Assembly: GCA_018971305.1 (NCBI GenBank)
Contig: JAGXBC010000003.1
Coordinates: 92,325-156,324, forward strand
Reading direction: 5' to 3'
Length of the DNA stretch: 64,000 nucleotides
Source: Patescibacteria group bacterium
GTDB lineage: Bacteria > Patescibacteriota > Minisyncoccia > UBA6257 > 2-01-FULL-56-20
Within the stretch, counting starts at the first letter, position 1, and the number at the start of each line of letters is the position of its first letter. The position numbers and the translations under genes are program-made. Below, in pieces: positions 37,020-46,234 of the stretch. The notes below the pieces were generated by a model. It worked only from the letters and a program-made list of their open reading frames with translations, had not been told where the DNA came from and searched no databases.

Positions 37020-37358
37020 ATGAAAAAGAAAAATTTGAATTCTAAGAAAAGGGGAGGGGTGAGCGTGTTGGCGGGTGTACTGATAGGTGCGGCACTTGGC
37101 GTTGGAGTCGGCTTGCTTGCCGAATCAAAAACAGGAAAACGATTTGAGAAAAAAGCCAAAAACCTGTCCGTAGACTTCTACGGATACATGGTTCCGCAAA
37201 TTAAAAAAGTTAAAAAGATGGGGGAAGCGGAATATAAAAAGTTTGTGATGGAAGCAATGAAGCAGTACAGTAAAAACAAAAAACTTTCCCGGGCGGAAGC
37301 AAAATATCTAGTGAAAGATGCCCAGGGGGCCTGGAAACATCTGAAGAAGTACTTATAA
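37020..37358 (+). CDS. YtxH-like protein
   Basis: GVLIGAALGVGVGLLAESKTGKR motif. Confidence 0.65.
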   Translation: MKKKNLNSKKRGGVSVLAGVLIGAALGVGVGLLAESKTGKRFEKKAKNLSVDFYGYMVPQIKKVKKMGEAEYKKFVMEAMKQYSKNKKLSRAEAKYLVKDAQGAWKHLKKYL

Positions 37359-37444
37359 GTAATTTTTTAGACGTGCTTCCCTATATTATGAGCTCAAAAA
37401 AGGGAATTTTATTTGCCGTTTAAAGTTATGTTAAAATAATATAT

Positions 37445-38371
37445 ATGAAAAAATTAACTATTGTAATCATAGCGGTAGTGGTTGTCGTTATTGGAGCAGG
37501 CATATACTTTTTTTTGCCGAGACCCGCAACCAACACTAATGTAACCCAGAATCCTCCTGTAACCAATACTCCAGGGAATACCGTTCAAACTCCGGAGAAT
37601 ACTCAGCCGCAGCCAACGCAGCAAAATCCTGCGGAAACAGTTATCGGAAAATCAGTTGAGGGGCGCGATATCACGGCGTATAACTATGGTACTGGTGATA
37701 CGCAGATCTTGTTTATCGGCGGCATACATGGCGGCTACGAATGGAACACGAGCCTTGTTGCTTATCAGGCGATGGACTATCTGAAGGCGAATGCCAATGC
37801 CATTCCTGCTAACGAAAAAATAACCGTTATACCGGTGTTGAATCCGGACGGCCTGAACAAGGTTGTCGGGACGGCAGGACGCTTTGCCGCCGCGGACGTT
37901 CCGGCTTCGCAAACTTTGCAAATATCCGGACGCTATAACGCGGATAACGTTGACCTCAACCGCAACTTTGATTGCGATTGGCAAAAGAACGCTGTCTGGC
38001 AGAACACAGCCGTGAGCGGCGGCAGTAAAGCATTTTCCGAACCGGAAAGCGCGGCGATACGGGATTACATAACGGCGCATAAGCCGGCAGCGGTTGTTGT
38101 TTGGTACAGCGCGGTTGGCGGCGTGTTCGCGTCCAATTGCCACGGCGGAGTTTTGCCCGAAACGAACACGATTACGAATATTTATTCAAAAGCATCCGGT
38201 TACAAGGCATACGAGAGCTATGATTTCTACGCGCTGACCGGCGATATGGTCAATTGGTTCGCCAAGAACAATATTCCGGGCATTAGCGTTCTTCTTACCA
38301 CGCACACCGATACGGAGTGGAGTAAAAATCAAGCAGGCATTGACGCTCTTATAGCCCACTACGCTAAATAA
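37445..38371 (+). CDS. Membrane-anchored M14 zinc carboxypeptidase (MpaA-like)
   Basis: IGKSVEGR, IHGGYE, NPDG, DLNRNF, FSEPE; third Zn ligand and catalytic Glu appear substituted (WYS, SVLL). Confidence 0.85.
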   Translation: MKKLTIVIIAVVVVVIGAGIYFFLPRPATNTNVTQNPPVTNTPGNTVQTPENTQPQPTQQNPAETVIGKSVEGRDITAYNYGTGDTQILFIGGIHGGYEWNTSLVAYQAMDYLKANANAIPANEKITVIPVLNPDGLNKVVGTAGRFAAADVPASQTLQISGRYNADNVDLNRNFDCDWQKNAVWQNTAVSGGSKAFSEPESAAIRDYITAHKPAAVVVWYSAVGGVFASNCHGGVLPETNTITNIYSKASGYKAYESYDFYALTGDMVNWFAKNNIPGISVLLTTHTDTEWSKNQAGIDALIAHYAK

Positions 38372-38397
38372 ATAACTTTTAGCGAGATAATCGAACT

Positions 38398-39321
38398 ATG
38401 AAGTCCTTTTTTACGGGGCGGATGATAACAGCCCTTATTATTGTTGCCGTGTTCGGCGTCAGCCTGCTTATTTTTTATTCTTTACAGAATAAAAGTGAGC
38501 CGCCTGCGCCTTCCGAACCGGCGGTTGCTACTTTCACAATAAGGCACGTAATTATCGGTTCGTCCGTGGAAGGGCGGCCTATTGAGGCGTTCACGTACCT
38601 GCCGAGTTCCGAGCCGGATACGTTTAACCCATTGAAGAGCGGAAGCGGTAAGACGAATCTCTTGTTTGTCGGCGGCATGCACGGCGGTTACGAATGGAAC
38701 AGCGTGCTTTTGGCCTACCAGGTTATGGATTACCTTAATACCAACCCCGAAATAATTCCCGCGAATCTGACCGTTACCGTGATTCCGGACTTGAACCCCG
38801 ACGGAGTTTTTAAAATTATCGGCAAAGAGGGGAGGTTTAGCGTCGCGGACGTTCCAATCGGCGTACCGGAAGCGCCTGGACGGGTAAACGCCCACGAAGT
38901 AGACCTTAATCGCAATTTTGATTGCAACTGGCAGCCCAATGGCGTCTGGCAGGGGAAGACGGTTAGTGCCGGTACAGCGCCGTTCTCCGAGCCGGAGTCC
39001 GCCGCTTTAAGAGATTTTATTTTGAAAAATAATTTTGCCGCCGCAGTTTTTTGGCACAGCCAGGCGAATGCCGTCTACGCCTCGGAATGCAATAACGGAA
39101 TCCTTCCGCAAACCTTGGAAATTATGAACGCCTATTCGCGGGCGTCCGGCTACCAGGCAGTAAGATCTTTTAATGCTTATAAGGTTACCGGCGATTCCGA
39201 AGGATGGCTCGCTTCCATCGGCATTCCGGCAATAACAGTAGAGATGAGCACTCACGAAACCATTGAGTGGGATAAGAACCTGGCCGGCGTTAAGGCGCTA
39301 CTGGATTATTACAGGCGTTGA
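38398..39321 (+). CDS. Membrane-anchored M14 zinc carboxypeptidase (paralog)
   Basis: MHGGYE, DLNRNF, FSEPE, WHS, ITVEM (intact ligands). Confidence 0.88.
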   Translation: MKSFFTGRMITALIIVAVFGVSLLIFYSLQNKSEPPAPSEPAVATFTIRHVIIGSSVEGRPIEAFTYLPSSEPDTFNPLKSGSGKTNLLFVGGMHGGYEWNSVLLAYQVMDYLNTNPEIIPANLTVTVIPDLNPDGVFKIIGKEGRFSVADVPIGVPEAPGRVNAHEVDLNRNFDCNWQPNGVWQGKTVSAGTAPFSEPESAALRDFILKNNFAAAVFWHSQANAVYASECNNGILPQTLEIMNAYSRASGYQAVRSFNAYKVTGDSEGWLASIGIPAITVEMSTHETIEWDKNLAGVKALLDYYRR

Positions 39322-39363
39322 TCTGAAAAATGGCCACGAAACTCATCATGCTAAACTGATATC

Positions 39364-40509
39364 GTGGGCAGAAAAATTATACCGATTGCCATAGTAATTC
39401 TTATCGCGGGAAGCGCGGGTTTTTATTTTTTACAGCAATTCGCGGTGGATGTTAATCCGAAGCCGGTTACACGCTCTGTCGCGACTACTATGCCAGCTGT
39501 TGCCACGACCACGCTTACCGATTTAGCTACTACAACCGCCAAAGAGCTTCCGGCTGAACCAGCTACACCTACAAGCAGTATAGCGAAGATATCCATAGCT
39601 CCACCTCCAATACCATTAACAACACCCCCGGTTTCTCAAATAACGCTGCGGGATATAACTGCCAAAAGCTTAGTCGGACTTTTCTGCCACTATAAAATTA
39701 CTGACCCCTCGCTCGTCGCCACTTACGGCGACAGTAATGGAGAATATATTGCTAAGGGCAGCGGCGTTATCATAAACCCCCAGGGCTATATTCTCACGGC
39801 CAAGCATATTGTTGACCAGCAATGGACCGCTTGGGCGTACGGCTCAACTGGTTCGGACCTTGCTCTAGAACAAAATTCAGAACTGAATTATTGCGAAGTG
39901 GGATTGCCTACCACCGATAATCTGCCAACCGTGTCCGATATAAAAAGCATCAATCCGAGCATTACCCTTCCGAATCCGTTCCCTTACGTTGCCACGGCAT
40001 ATTTTGAGCCGAAGCAGGGGACGATGAGCGATGATGAATACCGGACATCGGATTTCGCCATTATGAAGATAACAAGAGCCCCAGATAACTGCGCTACTTT
40101 CAACTTTTGCACGCTCCCAGCCGCCTTTCCATACAATCCGGTTATTTTCTCGCGAATGCCCGATGAAGGAATAATGGACGGGCTCTTGAATTTCGGTTAT
40201 CCCGGCGAACTCATAAATACGTCGGAAAGCACGTTTCATGATTTTTATCTGAAGGGTTCCGTGGGAACCTTAACGAAATATTACGGCGGCGATGCGTATT
40301 TTAAAGACGAGCCGTTCAACTTTGAATGGTCCGCGAGCGATGTTTTACCGGGGCGATCCGGTTCGCCGATATTCTGGGATGGATATGTCGTTGGCGTGGA
40401 GTACGGGCTTAACGTAAACGATAAGACCATAGATTATGCCATCGGTTTGCCGGCTATCTATAAGATTCTGGACGAAAACAAGCTGGGGGATTTGCTGTAT
40501 ACGCAATAA
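39364..40509 (+). CDS. Membrane-anchored trypsin-like serine protease
   Basis: GSGVII..ILTAKH, DFAI, GRSGSP triad; Thr/Pro-rich linker. Confidence 0.85.
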   Translation: MGRKIIPIAIVILIAGSAGFYFLQQFAVDVNPKPVTRSVATTMPAVATTTLTDLATTTAKELPAEPATPTSSIAKISIAPPPIPLTTPPVSQITLRDITAKSLVGLFCHYKITDPSLVATYGDSNGEYIAKGSGVIINPQGYILTAKHIVDQQWTAWAYGSTGSDLALEQNSELNYCEVGLPTTDNLPTVSDIKSINPSITLPNPFPYVATAYFEPKQGTMSDDEYRTSDFAIMKITRAPDNCATFNFCTLPAAFPYNPVIFSRMPDEGIMDGLLNFGYPGELINTSESTFHDFYLKGSVGTLTKYYGGDAYFKDEPFNFEWSASDVLPGRSGSPIFWDGYVVGVEYGLNVNDKTIDYAIGLPAIYKILDENKLGDLLYTQ

Positions 40510-40530
40510 GCCGACGGTTGCGCGGGAAAT

Positions 40531-41709
40531 CTATTGTATCGTTTTAATCTGTGTTTCAGGCGGTGTGGTCGCCGTAAATACTTCAAAGTTCAAGCGGCCA
40601 ATAACCCTGCCGTCAGGAGTTTCCACGTTTACCCGCCAGGAGCCGTCATCAAGACCTGATATGTTTGAATACGTTCTGTATCCTCCGGTTCGGCCTCCGA
40701 CAACCGGAAGGATAATACTCCCTCGCGTTTCCCAGGCGCTGCTTGTCGCGTTGTAATATTGCCAAACATGCACGATGTCGGTATTCAGTGCCGTTGGAGA
40801 GAAAACCGCCGTATAGGCGTAAAGAGTTTCGCCTGATGTTACATGAACAGTTGCCTCGGTTTTTAAAAACTCTGTTGCTTGGGAAAGAAAATCTTTAGTG
40901 TCGGTGTTCTCATAGGTTACTGTATAGTTTCCAGGACCGTTAACGATGAGCGAGTTATAAATACCGGCATCTTCAAGCGAGAGAGGCAGCGGGGGGATAA
41001 GCTTCAAAAAATAAAGAGAGTTTACGGCAATAAATATCCCGCCGACAGAAATAATTACAAGCCACTTGTGTCTACCGACGAGCTTTTCTCTGCGGAAGAT
41101 TCTTGGTATCAGGGCGATTATTCTTATGATAGCCAAGCTAACCGCGCCGCTTAAAATAAATACTAAGGTCCCGATTCTGTGCAAGAGTATCGGCATAAGA
41201 TAAATGGCAAAAGCGTAATAGGCGAGGAAGAGGAGCGAAAATTGGAAGGCCGTTCTCGCGTAACTGCGCTTTAGCGATTCGTTGGCGATGAAAGCGGCGG
41301 CCAAGAGGAGCAGGAACGGCCAGCTTGTTGCGAAGGTACCGCTGCGGAAATAAAAAACGAGATAAGTGGAGAGTATGCCGCCGAAAAAGAATTGGATTAT
41401 GTTCACGAGCCAGAAGTGAAGTCTGTTCGGGTCCGCGGCCTCATACACCCCCTTTTTACCGGTACCGTCGTTCAGAATATTTATCCAAATGGCGCAGACG
41501 GTCACAATAGCCAGATGGCCGATAACCCATAGATTGTCCCAGTATAAGTCCACGCGCTTCAGAGTAACGGCATCAAAAACGAAACCGCCGACCAGAGAAA
41601 TAGAGGAGATCGGCCGCTCAAATTGTGCGTACCAGCTTTTTACACGAGTAAAAATAGTGTATTTCCCCGGAGCTGGGTATGTTCCGTAATCATGTTTTTG
41701 GTGAGCCAT
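40531..41709 (-). CDS. DUF2914-like membrane protein
   Basis: About 7 TM, then YTAVFSP..IVHVW..GGR.GGYRTYS..G.WRV.VET.DGRVIG. Confidence 0.8.
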   Translation of the reverse strand: MAHQKHDYGTYPAPGKYTIFTRVKSWYAQFERPISSISLVGGFVFDAVTLKRVDLYWDNLWVIGHLAIVTVCAIWINILNDGTGKKGVYEAADPNRLHFWLVNIIQFFFGGILSTYLVFYFRSGTFATSWPFLLLLAAAFIANESLKRSYARTAFQFSLLFLAYYAFAIYLMPILLHRIGTLVFILSGAVSLAIIRIIALIPRIFRREKLVGRHKWLVIISVGGIFIAVNSLYFLKLIPPLPLSLEDAGIYNSLIVNGPGNYTVTYENTDTKDFLSQATEFLKTEATVHVTSGETLYAYTAVFSPTALNTDIVHVWQYYNATSSAWETRGSIILPVVGGRTGGYRTYSNISGLDDGSWRVNVETPDGRVIGRLNFEVFTATTPPETQIKTIQ

Positions 41710-41876
41710 GTTTTATTTAAATATGTTATAGGAAAGAATATTTGAATTATAACCCAATTACAAGAAGAGTTTTATCTTTGCGCCTAGGGGAAAATAAATG
41801 TGATGATATAGCAGAAATCGTCTCGGATAGGAAACCTCAACTCTGTATAAAGAATAAAAAACTCCTAAACAAGTGT

Positions 41877-42353
41877 TCAGGAGCCGAGTTCGTTCAGATG
41901 TTCAAAGAATAACTGCGTTGCCCATTGTCCGGTGGGGTTTTCAATAGCCTCAATAAAGACATCCTCCGGAATTACGATCGGAACATCGTTGCGAAGAACT
42001 GTTTCTAATGCAATCACAGGAAAAACAGACTCTATCTTTTCTTCTCCGTTCACCATGAGGTGTAGATTTGTTGCGAAATAGTCGTTCTTAAATTCAGTTA
42101 TAACCGTTTTGATTACTTTGATAGAGCCATACGAAAGTAATTTTTGGTTCAACCCGAATTCGTTAAGCGGCTGCTGGTTTTCCCCTTGGACAGCATCAAT
42201 TAAGATCTTGGCCAGCGTTTCATCGAATACTACCGGGAAACACGATCTCGTTTCTTTGTCCCGTAAGAAAAACACTATGCTCGGAGGGATTTTAGAATTC
42301 TTTTCAGACAGCTTCATATAATAACCGTCAAGATACAATTCAATTTCTTTCAC
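41877..42353 (-). CDS. Bifunctional nuclease (DUF151)-like protein, divergent
   Basis: IVFFLRD....FPVV...A..L, KVIKTVITEFKNDYFATNLHL, DVPIVI; GGAGG SD. Confidence 0.55.
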   Translation of the reverse strand: MKEIELYLDGYYMKLSEKNSKIPPSIVFFLRDKETRSCFPVVFDETLAKILIDAVQGENQQPLNEFGLNQKLLSYGSIKVIKTVITEFKNDYFATNLHLMVNGEEKIESVFPVIALETVLRNDVPIVIPEDVFIEAIENPTGQWATQLFFEHLNELGS

Positions 42354-42505
42354 GGTCCACCTCCTTTTACGTTTCAGCTGAGTTAAGTTTCTGGCAAAGA
42401 AGAGTAAAAGTCAATTCTTTTTAAGAATCTAGAGAATTTACGGTTATATTTCTAGCGCATATCAGTTTATAAATGATAGAATAGAATCATATAATAAAAT
42501 ACTAA

Positions 42506-43003
42506 ATGCCCTATCACCCAGCTATAAAACAAATAACCGATATGCTCACAAGCAATAAATGCGAGTTTCAAACGTTTGAACACGCTCCGGTGAGGACTAG
42601 CGAAGACGCCTTCAGGCAAAGGCCAAATTTTTCTATGCATCAAGGTGCGAAAGCGATGATAGTTAGAGTCAAGTCCAAAAATCGTGAGGAACAGGATAAA
42701 TTCGTCATGCTCGTTTTCCCGGCCGATCTGAAATTTAAAGGCGGTGAAGTGAAAAAACTTTTGGGCGCGCGGGACGTTACTTTCGCCACGGAAGCGGAGG
42801 TGGGAAAAATTACTGGCGGCGTCCAGGTCGGGGGAGTGCCGCCGTTCGGAAATTTATTCAACCTCCCGGTTTACGCGGATGGATCTTTATTTGAAAACGA
42901 TAAAATTATTTTTAACGCCGGCGACAGAAGTTTTTCGGTGGCCATGTCCGCGGAAGATTATAAAAAAATAGTTAACCCTATTGTTCAAAAATTTGCCGCT
43001 TAG
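42506..43003 (+). CDS. YbaK/ProX-family aminoacyl-tRNA deacylase
   Basis: HAPVRTSE, GAKAMI, GGVPPFG, FNAG. Confidence 0.88.
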   Translation: MPYHPAIKQITDMLTSNKCEFQTFEHAPVRTSEDAFRQRPNFSMHQGAKAMIVRVKSKNREEQDKFVMLVFPADLKFKGGEVKKLLGARDVTFATEAEVGKITGGVQVGGVPPFGNLFNLPVYADGSLFENDKIIFNAGDRSFSVAMSAEDYKKIVNPIVQKFAA

Positions 43004-43111
43004 CCCCCCCTTACTTCACGGTTGTCCTGGGTTACAGTACAATATTTAAACAACCTCGCCATATTTGGTTGGGCATATTATCCACTTTGGATTTTTCTGA
43101 TTTAAATCCCC

Positions 43112-44854
43112 ATGAAACTAATTTTAAATTATTTAAAACAATATAAAAAACTTCTTGCTGCCACCCTCTTATTTGCGGCGATAAACATTGTTTTTTCGTT
43201 GGTTGATCCTCAGATCTTCCGGCTCATCATAGACAGCTACGTTTCCAAGATAGGAAGCATATCGCACGGCGACTTCTTGCGGGGCGTGGGATTGCTTCTT
43301 GCCGCGTCCGTTGGTGCCGCTTTTATTTCCCGCGTGGCGAAAAATTTCCAGGCCTATTATGAAAGCGTGATAACCCAGCGGGTAGGGACCAAACTGTACG
43401 CTCATAGCGTTGAACATTCTTTCTCTTTGCCCTATGCCGTTTTTGAAGATCAGCGTTCCGGCGAACTTCTCCAAAAACTCCAAAAAGCGCGCCTGGACAG
43501 CCAGCAGCTTATCATCAGCCTTATTGACGTCGTTTTTGTTTCCCTTGTCGGAGTTACATTCGTTTTGATATACGCATTTACGGTCCACTGGGCAATCGGC
43601 CTTATGTATTTTCTTGTTATCCCAACTTTAGGCACGGCGGTATTTTTTCTCGGCCGCAAGATAAAGGCCGTTCAAAAAAATATTGTTATAGAATCGGCGA
43701 ATCTGGCAGGTTCCACTACGGAGACGCTCCGCAACGTTGAACTTGTGAAAAGTTTGGGTTTGGAAAGCCAGGAAACGAAACGGCTGAACGAAGTGAACGA
43801 CAGAGTACTGGCGCTGGAACTTTCCAAAATAACCCTGATACGCAAATTGAGTTTTACGCAAGGGACGGTCGTGAATGCCCTGCGTTCATCGATACTCTTT
43901 GTGATGCTTTGGCTTATCGTTCTCGGAAATATTTCACTCGGCCAGTTCCTTTCTCTCTGGTTCTATTCATTTTTCATATTCAACCCGCTTGGTGATATAG
44001 GCAACGTGGCTGGGCAATACCAGGAAGCCAAAGGAAGTTTGGAGAAATTAGAGGAGATACTTTCGATTAAGCCGGAAATGAGACCTGCGCATCCGATTGC
44101 AGTCGGGCCGCTTACCGCCATCAGATTCAAGGGAGTCGGTTTTGCCTATCAAACTGGTCAGAGCGAGGTGCTGCGCAACATTAACCTGGAGATAAAGAAG
44201 GGGGACACAGTGGCGTTCGCTGGATATTCCGGTTCCGGGAAAACGACACTCGTAAAATTACTTGTCGGTCTCTATCGGCCTACCCGTGGGGAGCTCCTTA
44301 TGAACGGGGTTAATACCAGCACAATAGATTACGATGAGCTTCGGAGGCGCGTCGGCTATGTTTCACAAGAAACCCAACTTTTTGCCGGCACTTTGCGTGA
44401 CAATCTTTTATTCGTGAATCCACGGGCGAGCGATGAAGAATGCCGACTCGCTCTCAGGCATGCGTCGGTTACGGCGATAGCGGACCGCGGCGGAGAAGGG
44501 CTGGACACTCGTATCGGCGAAGGCGGCATCAAGATTTCCGGTGGTGAACGCCAGCGCTTAGCCATTGCCCGGGCGCTTCTGCGCAATCCGGAGCTTATTA
44601 TTTTTGACGAGGCGACTTCCAGTCTGGATTCCATTACGGAAAAATCTATAACCGATACTATCAAGGAGATTGCTAAATCCCGGCCGAACCTTATAACCGT
44701 GATGGTTGCGCACCGGCTCTCAACCATAGCGCATGCCGATAGGATTTATGTTCTCCGGAAAGGCAATATTGTAGAGGAAGGAACCCACCCGGAATTATTG
44801 AAGGATACGACCGGGCTTTATTCGGCACTTTGGAAAGAACAAAGCGGAAAATGA
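43112..44854 (+). CDS. ABC exporter, fused permease/ATPase (MsbA/MdlB-like)
   Basis: 6 TM + GYSGSGKT, ISGGERQR, IFDEATSSLD, AHRLST. Confidence 0.93.
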   Translation: MKLILNYLKQYKKLLAATLLFAAINIVFSLVDPQIFRLIIDSYVSKIGSISHGDFLRGVGLLLAASVGAAFISRVAKNFQAYYESVITQRVGTKLYAHSVEHSFSLPYAVFEDQRSGELLQKLQKARLDSQQLIISLIDVVFVSLVGVTFVLIYAFTVHWAIGLMYFLVIPTLGTAVFFLGRKIKAVQKNIVIESANLAGSTTETLRNVELVKSLGLESQETKRLNEVNDRVLALELSKITLIRKLSFTQGTVVNALRSSILFVMLWLIVLGNISLGQFLSLWFYSFFIFNPLGDIGNVAGQYQEAKGSLEKLEEILSIKPEMRPAHPIAVGPLTAIRFKGVGFAYQTGQSEVLRNINLEIKKGDTVAFAGYSGSGKTTLVKLLVGLYRPTRGELLMNGVNTSTIDYDELRRRVGYVSQETQLFAGTLRDNLLFVNPRASDEECRLALRHASVTAIADRGGEGLDTRIGEGGIKISGGERQRLAIARALLRNPELIIFDEATSSLDSITEKSITDTIKEIAKSRPNLITVMVAHRLSTIAHADRIYVLRKGNIVEEGTHPELLKDTTGLYSALWKEQSGK

Positions 44855-44888
44855 AGCTCAAGAAGCTTACGTCCGTAGTGTCTTGAGT

Positions 44889-44961
44889 TTCACCCCGCCG
44901 ATGGCGGGGTTTATTAAATTCATTCCGCTTCATAATATCCGCGCGTTAGCGCGGGGTATTC
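44889..44961. repeat. Palindromic repeat cluster between convergent genes
   Basis: TTCACCCCGCCGATGGCGGGGTTTATTA matches the reverse complement of 16442-16469 at 26/28; second hairpin CCGCGCGTTAGCGCGG. Confidence 0.75.
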
Positions 44962-45014
44962 GCGGGAATTTAATAAAATTGGCCCGCATGTAGCGCGCCA
45001 TTTTTATGGCAAGA

Positions 45015-45266
45015 TCAATTTTCCCAATGTTTTTTCCCTGGATCAGGATCTAAGGTGGTAGTTGTCGGCTTTGGGGTTCTTGCATCAACCCATTCCATCT
45101 TGAAGGCAAATAGTTCGTAACCTATCGATTTAAGTTGTTCTAATATTTCCTTGCCTCGTGCCATTTGTTCCCTGCTTAAATCTAATCCTTGCATTACAAA
45201 CGCTATGATAATGACATCTAGCTCTGTTATCAATTTTCTAGCCTCGTCCTGATTCATTATCGCCAC
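45015..45266 (-). CDS. Small hypothetical protein
   Basis: 83-aa ORF, AAGGGG SD-like element. Confidence 0.5.
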   Translation of the reverse strand: MAIMNQDEARKLITELDVIIIAFVMQGLDLSREQMARGKEILEQLKSIGYELFAFKMEWVDARTPKPTTTTLDPDPGKKHWEN

Positions 45267-45398
45267 CCCTTTATTAAAAACTTCTAAAATAATATTAGGA
45301 TAATTTTATTAGTTATACAAATCGCGGAAGATTCTTTTGTCAAATGAATTAAGATATACTAAGATTAAAATCAGAGAGCTAATGAGGGGGATAACATC

Positions 45399-45605
45399 TT
45401 GATAATCGTTTATAGTGACTATGAAGGGTCTGGTTACTACGAAGAAGCCCCCGAAATTATAGGGCTAATAATTCCTGATGAGGATTTTCGCAATTGGTGT
45501 ATGGCATTAAAACGCGGACCGAGCAGATTAAGCGATGAGGAAATAGACGGAATGATGCGTCGATTGAATGCACGATACCTGAACGAGCGCCTTAATATTA
45601 AATAA
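45399..45605 (+). CDS. Small hypothetical protein
   Basis: GAGGGG SD, terminator hairpin immediately after the stop. Confidence 0.45.
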   Translation: MIIVYSDYEGSGYYEEAPEIIGLIIPDEDFRNWCMALKRGPSRLSDEEIDGMMRRLNARYLNERLNIK

Positions 45606-45939
45606 ACCCGAGACGACAATGTTGCTCGGGTTTTTTGAAGTAAAAAAAGGAGGAGCTAACCCATCGCGTTGGCGATTGCTCCTCATGGGCCATTCATAAA
45701 CTACTACCGACCCGGATGGTCGGTATATGCCGGCCTAATGGTGAAATTCCGGCATACTTTCCCCTTCGATGAGCAAATATAATTGGTTGTTTCTCGTCTG
45801 TTGTGAACTGCTACAGGTCGTCTAGTCGCACGGTGCACCTCCCTAATATGCTAATCAGACTATCTCTGCTAGTATAGCATAGTCACAATATAAGTCAAGA
45901 GGGGATATAAGTAACCTCTTGCTGGAGAATAATCTTAAC

Positions 45940-45979
45940 ACCAATCCTACTTGTAGGATTGGTAGGAATATGCTATATT
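45940..45979 (+). promoter_or_regulatory. Promoter with perfect 11-bp inverted repeat (candidate operator)
   Basis: ACCAATCCTAC-TT-GTAGGATTGGT overlaps TTGTAG-17-TATATT. Confidence 0.65.
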
Positions 45980-45986
45980 GAATTAT

Positions 45987-46232
45987 ATGAAAATAGCGGA
46001 TAACAAAAAGTTTCACGGAGTAGTTACCTTGGGCGAAAAAGGTCAGGTTGTTATACCTATGGGCGCGAGAAAAGCGATGCGCCTGAATAAGGGAGAGAGA
46101 TTAATCGTTATGGGCATAGGGCGTGATACTATTATAATGTCCAAACTGTCCAACTTGGAAAAACTAGCTTCACATCTGACAGAGAGATTGAAAACCATAA
46201 AGAAGATAGTCAGTAAAACCAAGAGAAAATAG
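45987..46232 (+). CDS. AbrB/MazE/SpoVT-family DNA-binding protein
   Basis: VTLGEKGQVVIP..RK.M.LNKGERL. Confidence 0.85.
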   Translation: MKIADNKKFHGVVTLGEKGQVVIPMGARKAMRLNKGERLIVMGIGRDTIIMSKLSNLEKLASHLTERLKTIKKIVSKTKRK

Positions 46233-46234
46233 TT

